DNA of 64,000 bases, taken from an uncultured Spirochaetota bacterium (GTDB lineage: Bacteria > Spirochaetota > Brevinematia > Brevinematales > JAOACQ01). Location: contig CAVYGN010000002.1 of assembly GCA_963768055.1 (NCBI GenBank), positions 416,001 to 480,000 on the forward strand. Direction: 5' to 3'. A model generated the notes under the pieces. The model did no database searches. It was not told the origin of the DNA and saw only the letters and a program-made list of their open reading frames with translations. Both the position numbers and the translations under genes were made by a program. Shown here piece after piece: positions 1-10,237 of the stretch. Each line of letters starts with the position of its first letter. The first letter of the stretch is position 1.

Positions 1-357
1 AACATTCAGCAGGTTACAATAGTTAATGAAAACAGGATGTCAGAGCAGGAATATGCAAAACTGCAGGAGGAATACTCAAGTAAATTCGATCATGAAATTA
101 AGAAAAGGGACATCTTAAACAGTGTCCTGATCATGCAGACGAAAGCCGAAACAATGATAGCCAAACTATTTCACGCCCTGCCCCCTGTATATGAAAAGTC
201 TCTTTTAAAGGATGAAATTGAGGAAATTAGCAAAAACCTTGAAGAATCGGTTAGGGAACTCGACCGCGGAAAAATCGAAAGATTGATCCAGAGGCTGGAA
301 TTCCTGCAGGAAGAAACACTTTCCGGTGTCTTCCGCTACGGAGAAAGCCGGGCATGA
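1..357 (+). CDS. Hsp70/DnaK-family chaperone, C-terminal fragment (gene starts before the window)
   Basis: Frame is open from base 1 (NIQQVTIVNENRMSEQEYAKLQEEY...KKRD), resembling the Hsp70 SBD/lid junction; ATGA overlap with a J-domain gene. Confidence 0.6.
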   Translation, partial: NIQQVTIVNENRMSEQEYAKLQEEYSSKFDHEIKKRDILNSVLIMQTKAETMIAKLFHALPPVYEKSLLKDEIEEISKNLEESVRELDRGKIERLIQRLEFLQEETLSGVFRYGESRA

Positions 358-986
358 AGACCTTTTACGATATACTTGAAATTTCAAGGGGGGCGAATAT
401 CAAAGCAATAAAATCTTCATACAGGAGCCTTGTAAAGAAATACCATCCTGATGTCGTAAAGGGAAATAAGTTAAAAGGTGCGAAGTATTTTGAAGAAATA
501 ACTGCGGCTTATAATACCCTGATCCATCAGGATAAAAGAAAAGCCTACGACGCTAAACTGGATGGAATGACGGGGGCTTTAGCTGCAATCAGTTTCCCTT
601 TCCGTGAAATCAGGAACTGGATTTCATCTTTTCCTTTATATAAAATGATCTTTTCCGGAAAACAGGTTTCAAAGGCATCCCTTGCAGCCGATCCCGTTGT
701 CCAGTGCCTGTCTGTAGATGAACTCCTGCAGAGAATTATATATTCCAGGAACAGGCTCCTCCAGATCCATTCTGTAAGGGCCCTTCTGGCAAAAGAATCC
801 CATTACGCCGTACATGATCTTTTAAGGCTACTGTATACGGGAATTCAGGACGAAGTCAAGGTTGAGATCATAAACGGGCTTGCAAATCCACGCAAATCAG
901 TTGCTGAAAACATCCTGCGCGAAGTTTACGGTCTTGAAAAAAGCGTTGTAGTAAGAAACGCCATCAGGGGCCGTATTAAAATCTGA
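354..986 (+). CDS. J-domain protein with helical (HEAT-like) C-terminus
   Basis: FYDILEI...IKSSYRSLVKKYHPD...RKAYD; HPD motif intact. Confidence 0.85.
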   Translation: MKTFYDILEISRGANIKAIKSSYRSLVKKYHPDVVKGNKLKGAKYFEEITAAYNTLIHQDKRKAYDAKLDGMTGALAAISFPFREIRNWISSFPLYKMIFSGKQVSKASLAADPVVQCLSVDELLQRIIYSRNRLLQIHSVRALLAKESHYAVHDLLRLLYTGIQDEVKVEIINGLANPRKSVAENILREVYGLEKSVVVRNAIRGRIKI

Positions 987-1057
987 CTTAATCTTTGTTA
1001 TTTCCGGTAAAATGATCTAAAATATTCGTCGAATCTTTACAGGACCGGTCATCATAA

Positions 1058-1705
1058 ATGTCTAATATCATAAAATCGCTTTTAACCTGGTATATGGGCA
1101 GCATCAATTATCTTTCAATAACATGCCTGATGGCAATTGAAAGTTCTTTTTTACCCCTCCCGTCAGAGGTTGTAATCCCTCCCGCAGCTTATAAAGCGGC
1201 AAACGGAGAACTTAATATAATTTTTATTGTTTTATTCGCCTGTCTCGGGTCGGTAATCGGAGCTCTTTTTAATTATACAATATCAAGAACGCTCGGCAGG
1301 GCTGTCATCAATAAAATCGCCGATACTAAACTCGCACATTTATTTATGGTCGATAGGGCTGCCCTTGACAGGGCTGAGAAATATTTCCTCAAATTCGGAA
1401 AAAGCTCGACTTTTATAGGCCGTCTCATCCCTGTCGTCCGGCATTTGATTTCAATTCCCGCCGGTATATCAAAAATGAGGCTGCCGGATTTTATCCTTTT
1501 CACAGCCATGGGTTCTTTCATCTGGAGCATTGCCCTATCTGCGCTGGGTTATTTTGTTTACTCCAGAAAAGACATACTCGAAAAATACTTTACCCTGATA
1601 ACATATGCCTTTCTTGCAATCGCCCTTCTATTCATAGTTTATATTTTGATAAAACCGGTTTTATTTCCTAAAGAGGTAAAAGATGGACGCCAAGATAATC
1701 CATGA
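1058..1705 (+). CDS. DedA family membrane protein
   Basis: IESSFLPLPSE, GRLIPVVRHLISIPAG motifs. Confidence 0.9.
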   Translation: MSNIIKSLLTWYMGSINYLSITCLMAIESSFLPLPSEVVIPPAAYKAANGELNIIFIVLFACLGSVIGALFNYTISRTLGRAVINKIADTKLAHLFMVDRAALDRAEKYFLKFGKSSTFIGRLIPVVRHLISIPAGISKMRLPDFILFTAMGSFIWSIALSALGYFVYSRKDILEKYFTLITYAFLAIALLFIVYILIKPVLFPKEVKDGRQDNP

Positions 1706-1973
1706 TCCTGAAGGCGGGGAATTTTACTGCCTTATTGAAGGATCAAAAAGCTTTCTAAGCTACTATGATGATAATCCCGACTATATAGATATTTACCATA
1801 CGTATGTTCCGCCCGAATTGAGGAACAGGGGAATTGCGCAACAGCTTATAGCGGAAGCGATTAAATATACGGAAAAATCAGGCAAAAAAATAATCTCAAC
1901 CTGTTCTTTCGCGGATATGTATTTCGAAAAACACCCCGAATTGAAGGGACTGCTATACAATAATAAAAAATAA
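1683..1973 (+). CDS. GNAT family N-acetyltransferase (YjdJ-like)
   Basis: HTYVPPELRNRGIAQQL, C-S-F motif, 96 aa. Confidence 0.85.
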   Translation: MDAKIIHDPEGGEFYCLIEGSKSFLSYYDDNPDYIDIYHTYVPPELRNRGIAQQLIAEAIKYTEKSGKKIISTCSFADMYFEKHPELKGLLYNNKK

Positions 1974-1986
1974 AGAGAGGTGAACT

Positions 1987-2943
1987 GTGTTAAAAATCGG
2001 CGTTGCCGGTGCAGGACATATGGGCAGGTTTCATATAAATATTCTATCAACGATTCCCGGCATCGAATTTTCCTCCATTTGCGACATCGACGAGGAGCTT
2101 GTTAAAAAACTTTCAAAAGACTACGATGTAAAGGGATATACCGACTATAAAAAGTTTTTAACCTCGATAGACGCAGTGGTTATTGCGGTCCCTACTTTCC
2201 TTCATTACAGGTTCGCCAGCGCGGCCCTGGAAGCGGGAAAGCATGTCTTACTGGAAAAGCCTATGACTAAAACCGTTTATTTTGCCGAAAAGCTGATAGC
2301 TCTTGCTGAAAATAAAAATCTTGTCCTGCAGGTAGGACATGTCGAACGTTTCAACGCCGCTGTCCAGGAATTGAATAACATCGTTAATAAACCGTATCTG
2401 ATTCAGGCCCAGAGGCTGGGCCCCAAGAGCAGGATAAAGGATGTCGGGGTTGTTCTCGACCTGATGATCCATGACATAGATATAGTTATGTCCATAGCCC
2501 GGTCAAAGCCGTTAAGCATATCGGCCTACGGCCAGAAAATCTATACCGGTTTCGAGGATGTAGCCAGCGCTACCATATATTTTGAGAACGGCGTTATAGC
2601 CAATATCACCGCGAGCCGCGTGTCGGCTAATAAATCCCGGACCCTCGCCATTTCACAGGAGGGTTCGTATATTTTTCTGGATTATGCAACCCAGGATATA
2701 ACTGTGATCCGCCAGCCCCTGACCGATTATGTCGTTTTAAAGGAAGAGCTTAAGTACACCCAGGAAAGCATTGTCGAGCATGTTGCTGTTTACAAGGACA
2801 ACGCCCTCAAGCTTGAACAAATCCATTTTATCGAATGTATCAAAGACGGGAGGGAACCCATCCGCGATTCCGAGGCCGACATCAGCGCGCTGAAGATCGC
2901 CAAGGAGATAATCGGGAAAATACATTCGGGCTGGAAGCGCTAG
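1987..2943 (+). CDS. Gfo/Idh/MocA oxidoreductase (GnnA-like)
   Basis: GAGHMG, EKP, GHVERFN, DLMIHDID motifs. Confidence 0.85.
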   Translation: MLKIGVAGAGHMGRFHINILSTIPGIEFSSICDIDEELVKKLSKDYDVKGYTDYKKFLTSIDAVVIAVPTFLHYRFASAALEAGKHVLLEKPMTKTVYFAEKLIALAENKNLVLQVGHVERFNAAVQELNNIVNKPYLIQAQRLGPKSRIKDVGVVLDLMIHDIDIVMSIARSKPLSISAYGQKIYTGFEDVASATIYFENGVIANITASRVSANKSRTLAISQEGSYIFLDYATQDITVIRQPLTDYVVLKEELKYTQESIVEHVAVYKDNALKLEQIHFIECIKDGREPIRDSEADISALKIAKEIIGKIHSGWKR

Positions 2944-3058
2944 AACTGCCCCTCTGGGGCAGCAAAGTGGTGCATCTATCCTGGTGACTGGCTCCGGGAC
3001 AGGCACCAGGGCCCATAGGGTTTTATTATGCAATGGACCGGTTTTTGGAACCGCCCTT
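2944..3058. mobile_element. MITE-like repeat, copy M1 (left end degenerate)
   Basis: GTTTTTGGAACCGCCCTT (3041-3058) identical to 14847-14864; CAGGCACCAGGGC (3000-3012) identical to 14781-14793; abuts fliY stop codon. Confidence 0.7.
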
Positions 3059-4134
3059 TAAAATTTCGATTCGCCCGAGTTTTCGAAGATCCTTTCCATC
3101 GGGGTGACGATCTTAGTCACACGAACTGCGAAGTTCTCATCGATGACAACTACTTCGCCCTGGGCTATGAGCTTATCGTTTACAAGAATGTCGACCGGTT
3201 CTCCGGCCAGTTTGTCAAGTTCTATTATCGAACCTTCGCCAAGTCCCAGGATCTCTTTAATGGTCATTTTAGTTCGTCCAAGTTCGACAGTCACGCGCAT
3301 AGGAACATCAAGGAGCAGGGCAATATTACCCATGGCCTCGCTTGCCATTCCTACCTGCAGCGGTTCAAATCCAACCGGTCTGATCGGGATTCCTGCCTGG
3401 ACCTGTCCCGCACCGCCCCCGAATTGAGTTGCCATACTCGCTTTGGTCATTGAGTAAGCGCCGGAAATACTTCTTGCCAGCGAAAGCGAAAGAAAAGCAT
3501 AAAACTTGGCAGCGCCTTTATCCTGGAGGTTGAATACATAATTCAATCTGGCGAAATATTGACCGCCCGAAGGGCTGATCGCCGAAGCGTCCTGTAAAAG
3601 ATCTATACCCGGAAGCCCGGGCGTAACCGATTTTGATAATTTATCTGAAAGGATATTGACAAGCGCTCCTGTTGTCTGGGAAATAACTTCCCCAAAAGTG
3701 TTTTTTACCAGGTCGGTTATCTCGGTATTGTCTTCCTGGCCGATCAGTATATTTGTTATTAAAAGCACGCCTTTTTCAGGTATTACATATACCAGTTCCC
3801 CGGTTACCCCCCCGCTTAAGCCGACCTTTGCCTGGATCACTCTGCCCTTAATGTCCTTCTTCAGGTTTTCAAGAGGGCCTGAGTCAATGAAGGGCGAAGA
3901 AAAAGTAGTTGTAATCCCGGTTAATGTCGAAAGTGCGGTAGCCTGAGCGATGCCGATCTCTCTGAGTAATTCGCCCAGGTTTGATTTATCGCTTTCAGAA
4001 AGGGCTTCAACCTGGGGCGCCTTACCGCCGGTAAATCCGGATACCGGGGCCGTGCCCAGGTTTTCCGTCATCATTTCATCGGTACCCTGTAATAATGCAT
4101 CTATTTCATCTTGAGAAAGAGTTCCATCGCTCAT
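3058..4134 (-). CDS. fliY: Flagellar switch protein FliY (CheC-like + FliN domain)
   Basis: LSQDEIDALL N-terminus; C-terminal LLLDVPMRVTVELGRT...LAGEPVDILVN. Confidence 0.9.
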   Translation of the reverse strand: MSDGTLSQDEIDALLQGTDEMMTENLGTAPVSGFTGGKAPQVEALSESDKSNLGELLREIGIAQATALSTLTGITTTFSSPFIDSGPLENLKKDIKGRVIQAKVGLSGGVTGELVYVIPEKGVLLITNILIGQEDNTEITDLVKNTFGEVISQTTGALVNILSDKLSKSVTPGLPGIDLLQDASAISPSGGQYFARLNYVFNLQDKGAAKFYAFLSLSLARSISGAYSMTKASMATQFGGGAGQVQAGIPIRPVGFEPLQVGMASEAMGNIALLLDVPMRVTVELGRTKMTIKEILGLGEGSIIELDKLAGEPVDILVNDKLIAQGEVVVIDENFAVRVTKIVTPMERIFENSGESKF

Positions 4135-4224
4135 CGTGACGCCTCCTTTATAGGATTGACCTTTCTTTTTATCGGAATAAATAAAACATTTTTAACCGGT
4201 GGAGAGGAAATTTCCAAAAAAAAA

Positions 4225-5286
4225 TTATTCTTCCTCTTTCATGAGGATATCCTGCAACATATCCTCTGTAATTGTTGAAAGGACTTCACTTATCTGTATA
4301 GCCCTCTTTTTACTCACTACTCCCGGTTTACCCCTGAATTTGACTCCATCTCCTATAAGCACTTCGACTTTGGATTTTGTAGAATCCTTCAGGCGGATCA
4401 CATCGCCGAGCTGTATAGCCGCGATTTCATTAAAATTTAAAAATGTTTCGCTAAGTTTAACTACTACCTCTATGGGAATATCGGCTATCTGGTCTTTGAT
4501 CAGCGATAAGTTCTCGGTCGTTATACCGCGCTTGATGCTGGAATACCAGTATTGCGCCGATAATTTCGATATAATAGGCTCTATAGTCATATATGGTATG
4601 CAGAAGTTCATCATACCCTCGACGTCTCCGATTTTTGTATCGAAAGTCGTAAGAACGACCATGTTGCTGGGTGGGACGATCCCTGCGAACTGGGGATTTG
4701 TTTCGATATTTCCCAGCCTTGGGCGAAGATCGATTACATTTGACCATGATTCGCGGAGGTTGCCGAGAAGCCTGACAATTATGCCCTCGATTACCGATAA
4801 TTCTATATCAGTCAACTCCCTGTTGGTCTTGAGGGATTCCCCCTTCCCACCGAAAAGCCGGTCTATGATCGCGAAGGTAATGCTAGGGTCAAGCTCGACA
4901 ACCGAACTTCCCTTTAAAGGGTCCATATTGATAAGGCCCAGCGTAGTAGGAGAAGGAATCGACCTTGTGAATTCTTCATAGGTAAGCTGGTCGACGGAAA
5001 CTACATGCACATGAACCAGGGTCCTGAGCTGCGCTGAAAGGGAGGTAGTGGTCAATCTGGCGAAAGTTTCATGCATCATCTGAAGCGTACGGATCTGGTC
5101 CTTGGAAAACTTGTCGGGCCTTCGGAAATCATAAACTTTAAGCCTTTTCTTTTCACGCTTCGGTCCTGTTACAGCGGTTCTTCCCCCTCCTCCCCCTGTA
5201 TGCGAGGGTTCAGTGGGAACACTCTCTCCGCTCGATACTGCCGTTAAAAGCGCATCTATTTCATCCTGAGACAGGATTTCCGTCAT
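4225..5286 (-). CDS. fliM: Flagellar motor switch protein FliM
   Basis: ILSQDEIDALL, YDFRRPDKFSKDQIRTL. Confidence 0.95.
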   Translation of the reverse strand: MTEILSQDEIDALLTAVSSGESVPTEPSHTGGGGGRTAVTGPKREKKRLKVYDFRRPDKFSKDQIRTLQMMHETFARLTTTSLSAQLRTLVHVHVVSVDQLTYEEFTRSIPSPTTLGLINMDPLKGSSVVELDPSITFAIIDRLFGGKGESLKTNRELTDIELSVIEGIIVRLLGNLRESWSNVIDLRPRLGNIETNPQFAGIVPPSNMVVLTTFDTKIGDVEGMMNFCIPYMTIEPIISKLSAQYWYSSIKRGITTENLSLIKDQIADIPIEVVVKLSETFLNFNEIAAIQLGDVIRLKDSTKSKVEVLIGDGVKFRGKPGVVSKKRAIQISEVLSTITEDMLQDILMKEEE

Positions 5287-5299
5287 AAATATAAACTCC

Positions 5300-5842
5300 C
5301 TATGAAACTATAAACTGATCGTAATAAATATCGTTAATGACACCTGTGGTAAGGACATTATTTATCTGTTTCTTTATCTCTTCCTTGAGGCCTAATTTTT
5401 CAGATTCGGTATCTATATCCTGTTTCTCTTTTGAGTTTAAAATGGTGAGAATAATATCCCTTATCTGCTGGGTCCTTTCTGTCAGTTCAAGCGCCAGCTT
5501 TTTATTCTGGCCATCGTACGCCAGGCTTAGTTTGACCCTCATGAAATGCGGCTCATCGGCATCGGCTGTATTGACACGGAAGTCGTCAAGCGAAAATATC
5601 TGGAGAGGCGCGGGTTTCGGCGCTAGCGTGACGGTCTGGTAGATTTCTTCCTGGCTCTTCGATTTTGTGGACAGGATCAGGATATAAGCAAGTATTGTCG
5701 ATATTACCACAGCTATTATAACCGGTATTAGATTGGATAATAGCCATTCTATCAATTTTCCAATTGAAAAACCCGCTTTGGGCTGTTGCCCTTCCTGCGG
5801 TTGTTCCTCTGTTTCAACCTGGATTTCTTCCGGTTCTCCCAT
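5300..5842 (-). CDS. fliL: Flagellar basal body-associated protein FliL
   Basis: Single N-terminal TM, FRVNTAD, IRDIILTIL; directly upstream of fliM. Confidence 0.85.
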   Translation of the reverse strand: MGEPEEIQVETEEQPQEGQQPKAGFSIGKLIEWLLSNLIPVIIAVVISTILAYILILSTKSKSQEEIYQTVTLAPKPAPLQIFSLDDFRVNTADADEPHFMRVKLSLAYDGQNKKLALELTERTQQIRDIILTILNSKEKQDIDTESEKLGLKEEIKKQINNVLTTGVINDIYYDQFIVS

Positions 5843-6037
5843 TGTCGACTCCTCAATTTTTATAAAAACTACATGTTTTTTACCCGGGGGCTCTCTTCAT
5901 TTTTTGTAGTTTATTATAAATATCGGAATTGCAGAAACGAGCTTGATTGATTATGACCCCTTTTTATAATTTTAATCAAAAATAAATAAAATAGCAATAA
6001 TATAAACCTTAAAAAAAGAGTATTTTATATTAAAGAT

Positions 6038-6128
6038 TGTCATTTCGAGCATAGCGTTTATCATAAACTCCCTTTTGGAAGATTTCTCGTCTCCCGCCCT
6101 GAAAAGGGGCGGGTTCCTCGAAATGACA
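6038..6128. repeat. TGTC-tagged palindromic (REP-like) element, copy R1
   Basis: Perfect 12-bp terminal IR TGTCATTTCGAG/CTCGAAATGACA; inner GC hairpin CCCGCCCT-GAAA-AGGGGCGGG. Confidence 0.75.
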
Positions 6129-6149
6129 TTGCCGGGTAAAAAACGGCCT

Positions 6150-6821
6150 TCAGTCAACTATCCGCCCGTCATGGAGATTGATCACTCTTTCGGCATATTT
6201 CATTATGTTCAGGTCATGCGTTGAAAATATAAATGTAGTGCCGTAGTCCCTGTTGATCTTTCTCATCAGTTCTATTATCATCCTGCCTGTTTCGGAGTCA
6301 AGGTTTGCCGTTGGTTCGTCGGCAAGGACTATTTCAGGATTCGTGACCAGGGCCCTGGCGATAGCCACCCGCTGCCTCTGGCCCCCGGAGAGTTCTTCAG
6401 GCCTGTGTTTTAAATACCGGCCAAGCTCGACATGCTCGATAAGTTCTATGATCCTGTCCCTTTTTTCCTTTTTTGAACCGTATTTGCTTATATTATTCAA
6501 AGGGAGTTCGATATTTTCATAAACATTCAGGACAGGTATAAGGTTAAAGGACTGAAATATAAAGCCTATCTTTTCGGCCCTGATATCGGCAAGCCTGTTG
6601 CTTTTTAAAGAGGTAATATTTTCACCGCTTATTACTACTTCTCCCCGATCAGGCTTGTCAAGGCAGCCTATAATGTTAAGCAGCGTGGATTTTCCGCTTC
6701 CCGACGGCCCGACCACGGATGTAAATTCGCCCTTAGTAAAGGTTGCGTTTATTCCCTTCAATGCCTCTATCGTAGATTTTCCAAGATAATAGGTCTTCTC
6801 TACACCGCTGATATTAATCAT
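6150..6821 (-). CDS. ABC transporter ATP-binding protein (LolD/MacB-like)
   Basis: [26 protein letters not shown]. Confidence 0.95.
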   Translation of the reverse strand: MINISGVEKTYYLGKSTIEALKGINATFTKGEFTSVVGPSGSGKSTLLNIIGCLDKPDRGEVVISGENITSLKSNRLADIRAEKIGFIFQSFNLIPVLNVYENIELPLNNISKYGSKKEKRDRIIELIEHVELGRYLKHRPEELSGGQRQRVAIARALVTNPEIVLADEPTANLDSETGRMIIELMRKINRDYGTTFIFSTHDLNIMKYAERVINLHDGRIVD

Positions 6822-6837
6822 GTGATGCTCCTTTGTT

Positions 6838-8226
6838 TCAAAATGAAACCGTTAAATTGGCGTTTATGGAAAAAAGCTGCGACATACTGCCGAATTCGCT
6901 GTCCCGGTCTCCGCAAAAAAACTGGGCTCCTATCGATATTCTGGTATCCAGGTTGATCTGATATGACATCGAGGGATAAACTACAAAACTCAGATCGTCA
7001 ATGTTAAGGACCGCAGAACCGGTCAGACTGAAATCTTTATCAAACAGCCCCTGGAAAGTAAGCGCTGAAAAAAAATAGCTCTTCGAATTCCTGAGGTATT
7101 GCTCCTGCAGCATAGCGTTCATATATGCGGGAATATTATTATTGTTTGTCTGCGCATCTATATACGACAGGAAATTCTGATAAGCGTTTTTGCTCCAGTT
7201 CTCGTCATCGTAATAATATTCGGCGGAAATTATTATACCGTCGATCAACGGCGTCTCTGTAAAAGAAAAGGTAAGATTACCGCCTACAGCCCAGGCAGCG
7301 TAGTAATTGTTGGTCATATTTTCAAGGTACGGCACCCCGTTTGTTTCGGCGGCGAACTCACGGTAGCTGTCCTCTCTGTAGGTTAATTGGGAATATAGTT
7401 TTAAATTTATATTATTTTTTACAGACATGACATAATCGATGTTGCCGCCATATTCGGGCTTGTAATTCTTCTGAAAATCGGCGAATATAAACCCGTCGAA
7501 CATATCTATCGATAAGAAATATTGCAATATGGCAGGCAGATTGTCAATGTTCGTAGTTAATGTGCTGTCGACAACGCTTAAAGCTGAAAAAGAACTGAAA
7601 TCACCTATGGGAACCGTTATATCAGCCCCCGGCTTCCCCTGGTCATATCCGGTATATGACAGGGGATCTTTTCTCAAATCCACTATATCGACGGGATTAA
7701 AAGCGACCCCATCGCCCCAGTGCATGAAATGCTTCCCTATGCGCAGCAAAAAGTCCTCGGTCGCCAGGTCAGCATAACCCTCAACAATATTAAAATACTG
7801 CCAGGGGGTATTTGTAAGAAATGTTTTCGGATAATAACTGAATCTGACATCCAGATAACCCTTCCCGATCTCGCCCATCGCGCTTTTCATTATTACATCG
7901 GCATTGACATAGTAATCGAAGCCCTCGTTCGTGTAACCCCCGCTCTGAAGCAAATTCAGCGGGTAAAGCAGCGAATTGCTGTTAACCGATTGAACGTCGA
8001 AACCGGTGTTTATGACTGAGCTTATATCCAATGAAAATAGCTCCATGGGAAGAAAAAGCAGAAGGATAAAGATTGAAATTTTAAGGGCGCTTCTAATAAC
8101 CTTCGGATAGGAAGCACCCTTCGGGCACAAGCGCACCATAGGGCATACATATAGAGTTAAATAGTAAGTTGTTAGTAAAAATGGTAATATTCTTGAGTTA
8201 TTAGAACTGCCCTTTATCAAATTCAT
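6838..8226 (-). CDS. Putative outer-membrane beta-barrel protein; N-terminus carries an in-frame MITE
   Basis: Alternating beta-strand pattern, RIGKHFMHWG, C-terminal Phe; ATGA coupled to the upstream gene. Confidence 0.6.
   Translation of the reverse strand: MNLIKGSSNNSRILPFLLTTYYLTLYVCPMVRLCPKGASYPKVIRSALKISIFILLLFLPMELFSLDISSVINTGFDVQSVNSNSLLYPLNLLQSGGYTNEGFDYYVNADVIMKSAMGEIGKGYLDVRFSYYPKTFLTNTPWQYFNIVEGYADLATEDFLLRIGKHFMHWGDGVAFNPVDIVDLRKDPLSYTGYDQGKPGADITVPIGDFSSFSALSVVDSTLTTNIDNLPAILQYFLSIDMFDGFIFADFQKNYKPEYGGNIDYVMSVKNNINLKLYSQLTYREDSYREFAAETNGVPYLENMTNNYYAAWAVGGNLTFSFTETPLIDGIIISAEYYYDDENWSKNAYQNFLSYIDAQTNNNNIPAYMNAMLQEQYLRNSKSYFFSALTFQGLFDKDFSLTGSAVLNIDDLSFVVYPSMSYQINLDTRISIGAQFFCGDRDSEFGSMSQLFSINANLTVSF
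8083..8214. mobile_element. MITE-like element, copy M2 (132 bp)
   Basis: Terminal IR AAGGGCGCTTCTAATAAC / GTTATTAGAACTGCCCTT (16/18). Confidence 0.8.
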
Positions 8227-8996
8227 TCTCCGCTGAAAAATTTCATAGCTTTCGGATTGAATGTCTTATCGCGAATATCACTCATAATAATAACATTGGA
8301 AAAGGTTACCAGGGTTTGTTTTTGTTTCAGGGGTTCATAAAACAGCTCTTTACATTCGCTTACAACGCCTTTATCATCGAAGGAAATACCCTGTATCTCG
8401 CAGGATTTCACCAGGAGCCCGGATAAAGCGTAGTACTGCCTCTTAACAGGCAGAAAGTTCGCCGTATTTATCCACAAAAATATTTTCGCATATCCGTCGA
8501 CATCTTTTTTAGGCCCAAGCGTCAGCAGATAAAATTTATTCGTCGAGGCCGGATCCTCGAGGCCATTGGTTTCGAGGCTCGAGGTTTCGATCATCGCCCG
8601 GACGTCATAATCGCGGGAAAGCTCAAGCGCCAGGATGTCGCCGTAACTTACCGACGTCCCCAGGATTATTGCCTGGTAGCTATACTTTATACTTGTATCC
8701 GAGGTAGGAAAGTAACTCCATATCACGTTCCTGTTTTTCAGGTTGACCTGCCCCCTTGCGCTGACCGGATTTATTGTGATCATTATATTATTTTCGTGTT
8801 TCTTTTTCCCCTTATAATCCACTACATCTATCTTGCCGTTCGCCGAAGTAGTCCGGAGGGTCATGTTATAAGTGAATATATCCGGTATGAATCGCTTATC
8901 GGATTTAGAAATAACATCGCCCGGATCGATACAATAAGATAATGAACAGACAGCTGTTAATACTGCCGCTGTAATAAGTAAAATCCAATTCTTCAT
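8223..8996 (-). CDS. Outer-membrane lipoprotein-sorting (LolA-like) protein
   Basis: Signal peptide; WSYFP, LGTSVSYGD, YAKIFLWI, LVK pattern; operon context. Confidence 0.75.
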   Translation of the reverse strand: MKNWILLITAAVLTAVCSLSYCIDPGDVISKSDKRFIPDIFTYNMTLRTTSANGKIDVVDYKGKKKHENNIMITINPVSARGQVNLKNRNVIWSYFPTSDTSIKYSYQAIILGTSVSYGDILALELSRDYDVRAMIETSSLETNGLEDPASTNKFYLLTLGPKKDVDGYAKIFLWINTANFLPVKRQYYALSGLLVKSCEIQGISFDDKGVVSECKELFYEPLKQKQTLVTFSNVIIMSDIRDKTFNPKAMKFFSGE

Positions 8997-9007
8997 AAAT
9001 ACTCCAA

Positions 9008-10225
9008 TTAATACGATTGTTCCCTGAATACCCTCGCCGGGGCTTTCGAGACGATCCGGTTAATTACCGGAATGCTCCATACCGCTGTCAGTAATAATAT
9101 GAACAGCAGTATATAGAGAAAATCCCAAAAGGAATGAATAAACATTACAGGTCCGTTCATATAATCCTGGAACACCAGGTATATCCGCATATTTTCAATT
9201 ATACTGCCTGACAAAGCGCCGATGAATACACCGATCAGATAACCGGCAAGTGCAAGAATTAATACCTCCAGTATGAAATTCCTGACGATTTTAAAATTTC
9301 TGAAACCCAGGGCCATATATGTGGCTAATTCCGCCGTCCTTTTGATTGCGAGCATTCTTATCGTTATTGCGATCACAGCCCCGGCGATCGGGAAAATGAG
9401 AATGACAGCCAGTATATTGATCCCCTGGAAGATGGCGACAAAAGATTTATTTTTATTAATAAAATCGACAAGGTCGAAAACCCACGGATTGTTGTCGGTC
9501 ATGATATCGTTGATATGCAGGTTTATATATATATTCGATACAAGCAGATTGAGGTTTTTTTCAATGCCGGGCTTGCCGAATCCGTCCTCCGGAAAATTAT
9601 TATAGATCGTTACAGTATTGTAAATGTTTGTAGAGTCAAGCAAAGTGTCCATATCCCCCTTTGTTACAAGAATGGAATCAAAACCCTTTAAAGGCTCCAT
9701 TTTTAAAATCCCGACTACCTTGAACGGCAGTGTATTTAAAACGCGGTCTTTAGGAGTATAGACCGATAGATAGATCTCGTCGCCGGTTTTTATAATTCCC
9801 CTGTACCGCGCTTCCGGCACCGCGGCCTCACCGGAGGTTTCCGGGAGCCTTCCGCTAATGAGGTAATACCAGGCCTTCGACCTTATCCTGTTTTCAGGGG
9901 TCAGTTCGAATACATTCGCCTGGGCGCTGATCTTATCGTTATCGATGTAACTCCCCCAGGCGCATCTTTCCAGCACGGTTTTTTCAAGTTTATACGGCTC
10001 CAGGGCTTTTTTTATCCTGTCGCCGGGATAAAATCCCCAAAAACCTCCCCATAAATAAATGGTCGCGTCGCCGTCGCTGTCCCTGTACATATGATATTCT
10101 ATCCGCTTTACGGAATTCGAGATCCCGGTAGTCCAAAAAAGGGCGCCGCTTATAAGGACAAAGATCACGAGCATTAAAGCCGAAGTCCATTTATGTTTTA
10201 TTATATTCCTTATCGCGATTTTCAT
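9008..10225 (-). CDS. ABC transporter permease (LolE/FtsX-like)
   Basis: IAIRNIIKHK, 1+3 TM topology, KRTAELATYMALGF. Confidence 0.85.
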   Translation of the reverse strand: MKIAIRNIIKHKWTSALMLVIFVLISGALFWTTGISNSVKRIEYHMYRDSDGDATIYLWGGFWGFYPGDRIKKALEPYKLEKTVLERCAWGSYIDNDKISAQANVFELTPENRIRSKAWYYLISGRLPETSGEAAVPEARYRGIIKTGDEIYLSVYTPKDRVLNTLPFKVVGILKMEPLKGFDSILVTKGDMDTLLDSTNIYNTVTIYNNFPEDGFGKPGIEKNLNLLVSNIYINLHINDIMTDNNPWVFDLVDFINKNKSFVAIFQGINILAVILIFPIAGAVIAITIRMLAIKRTAELATYMALGFRNFKIVRNFILEVLILALAGYLIGVFIGALSGSIIENMRIYLVFQDYMNGPVMFIHSFWDFLYILLFILLLTAVWSIPVINRIVSKAPARVFREQSY

Positions 10226-10237
10226 TATTTCTCCTTT

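Noticed and set aside
4199..4981. 260-aa ORF on the + strand
   Set aside because: Antisense shadow of fliM; no motifs or RBS
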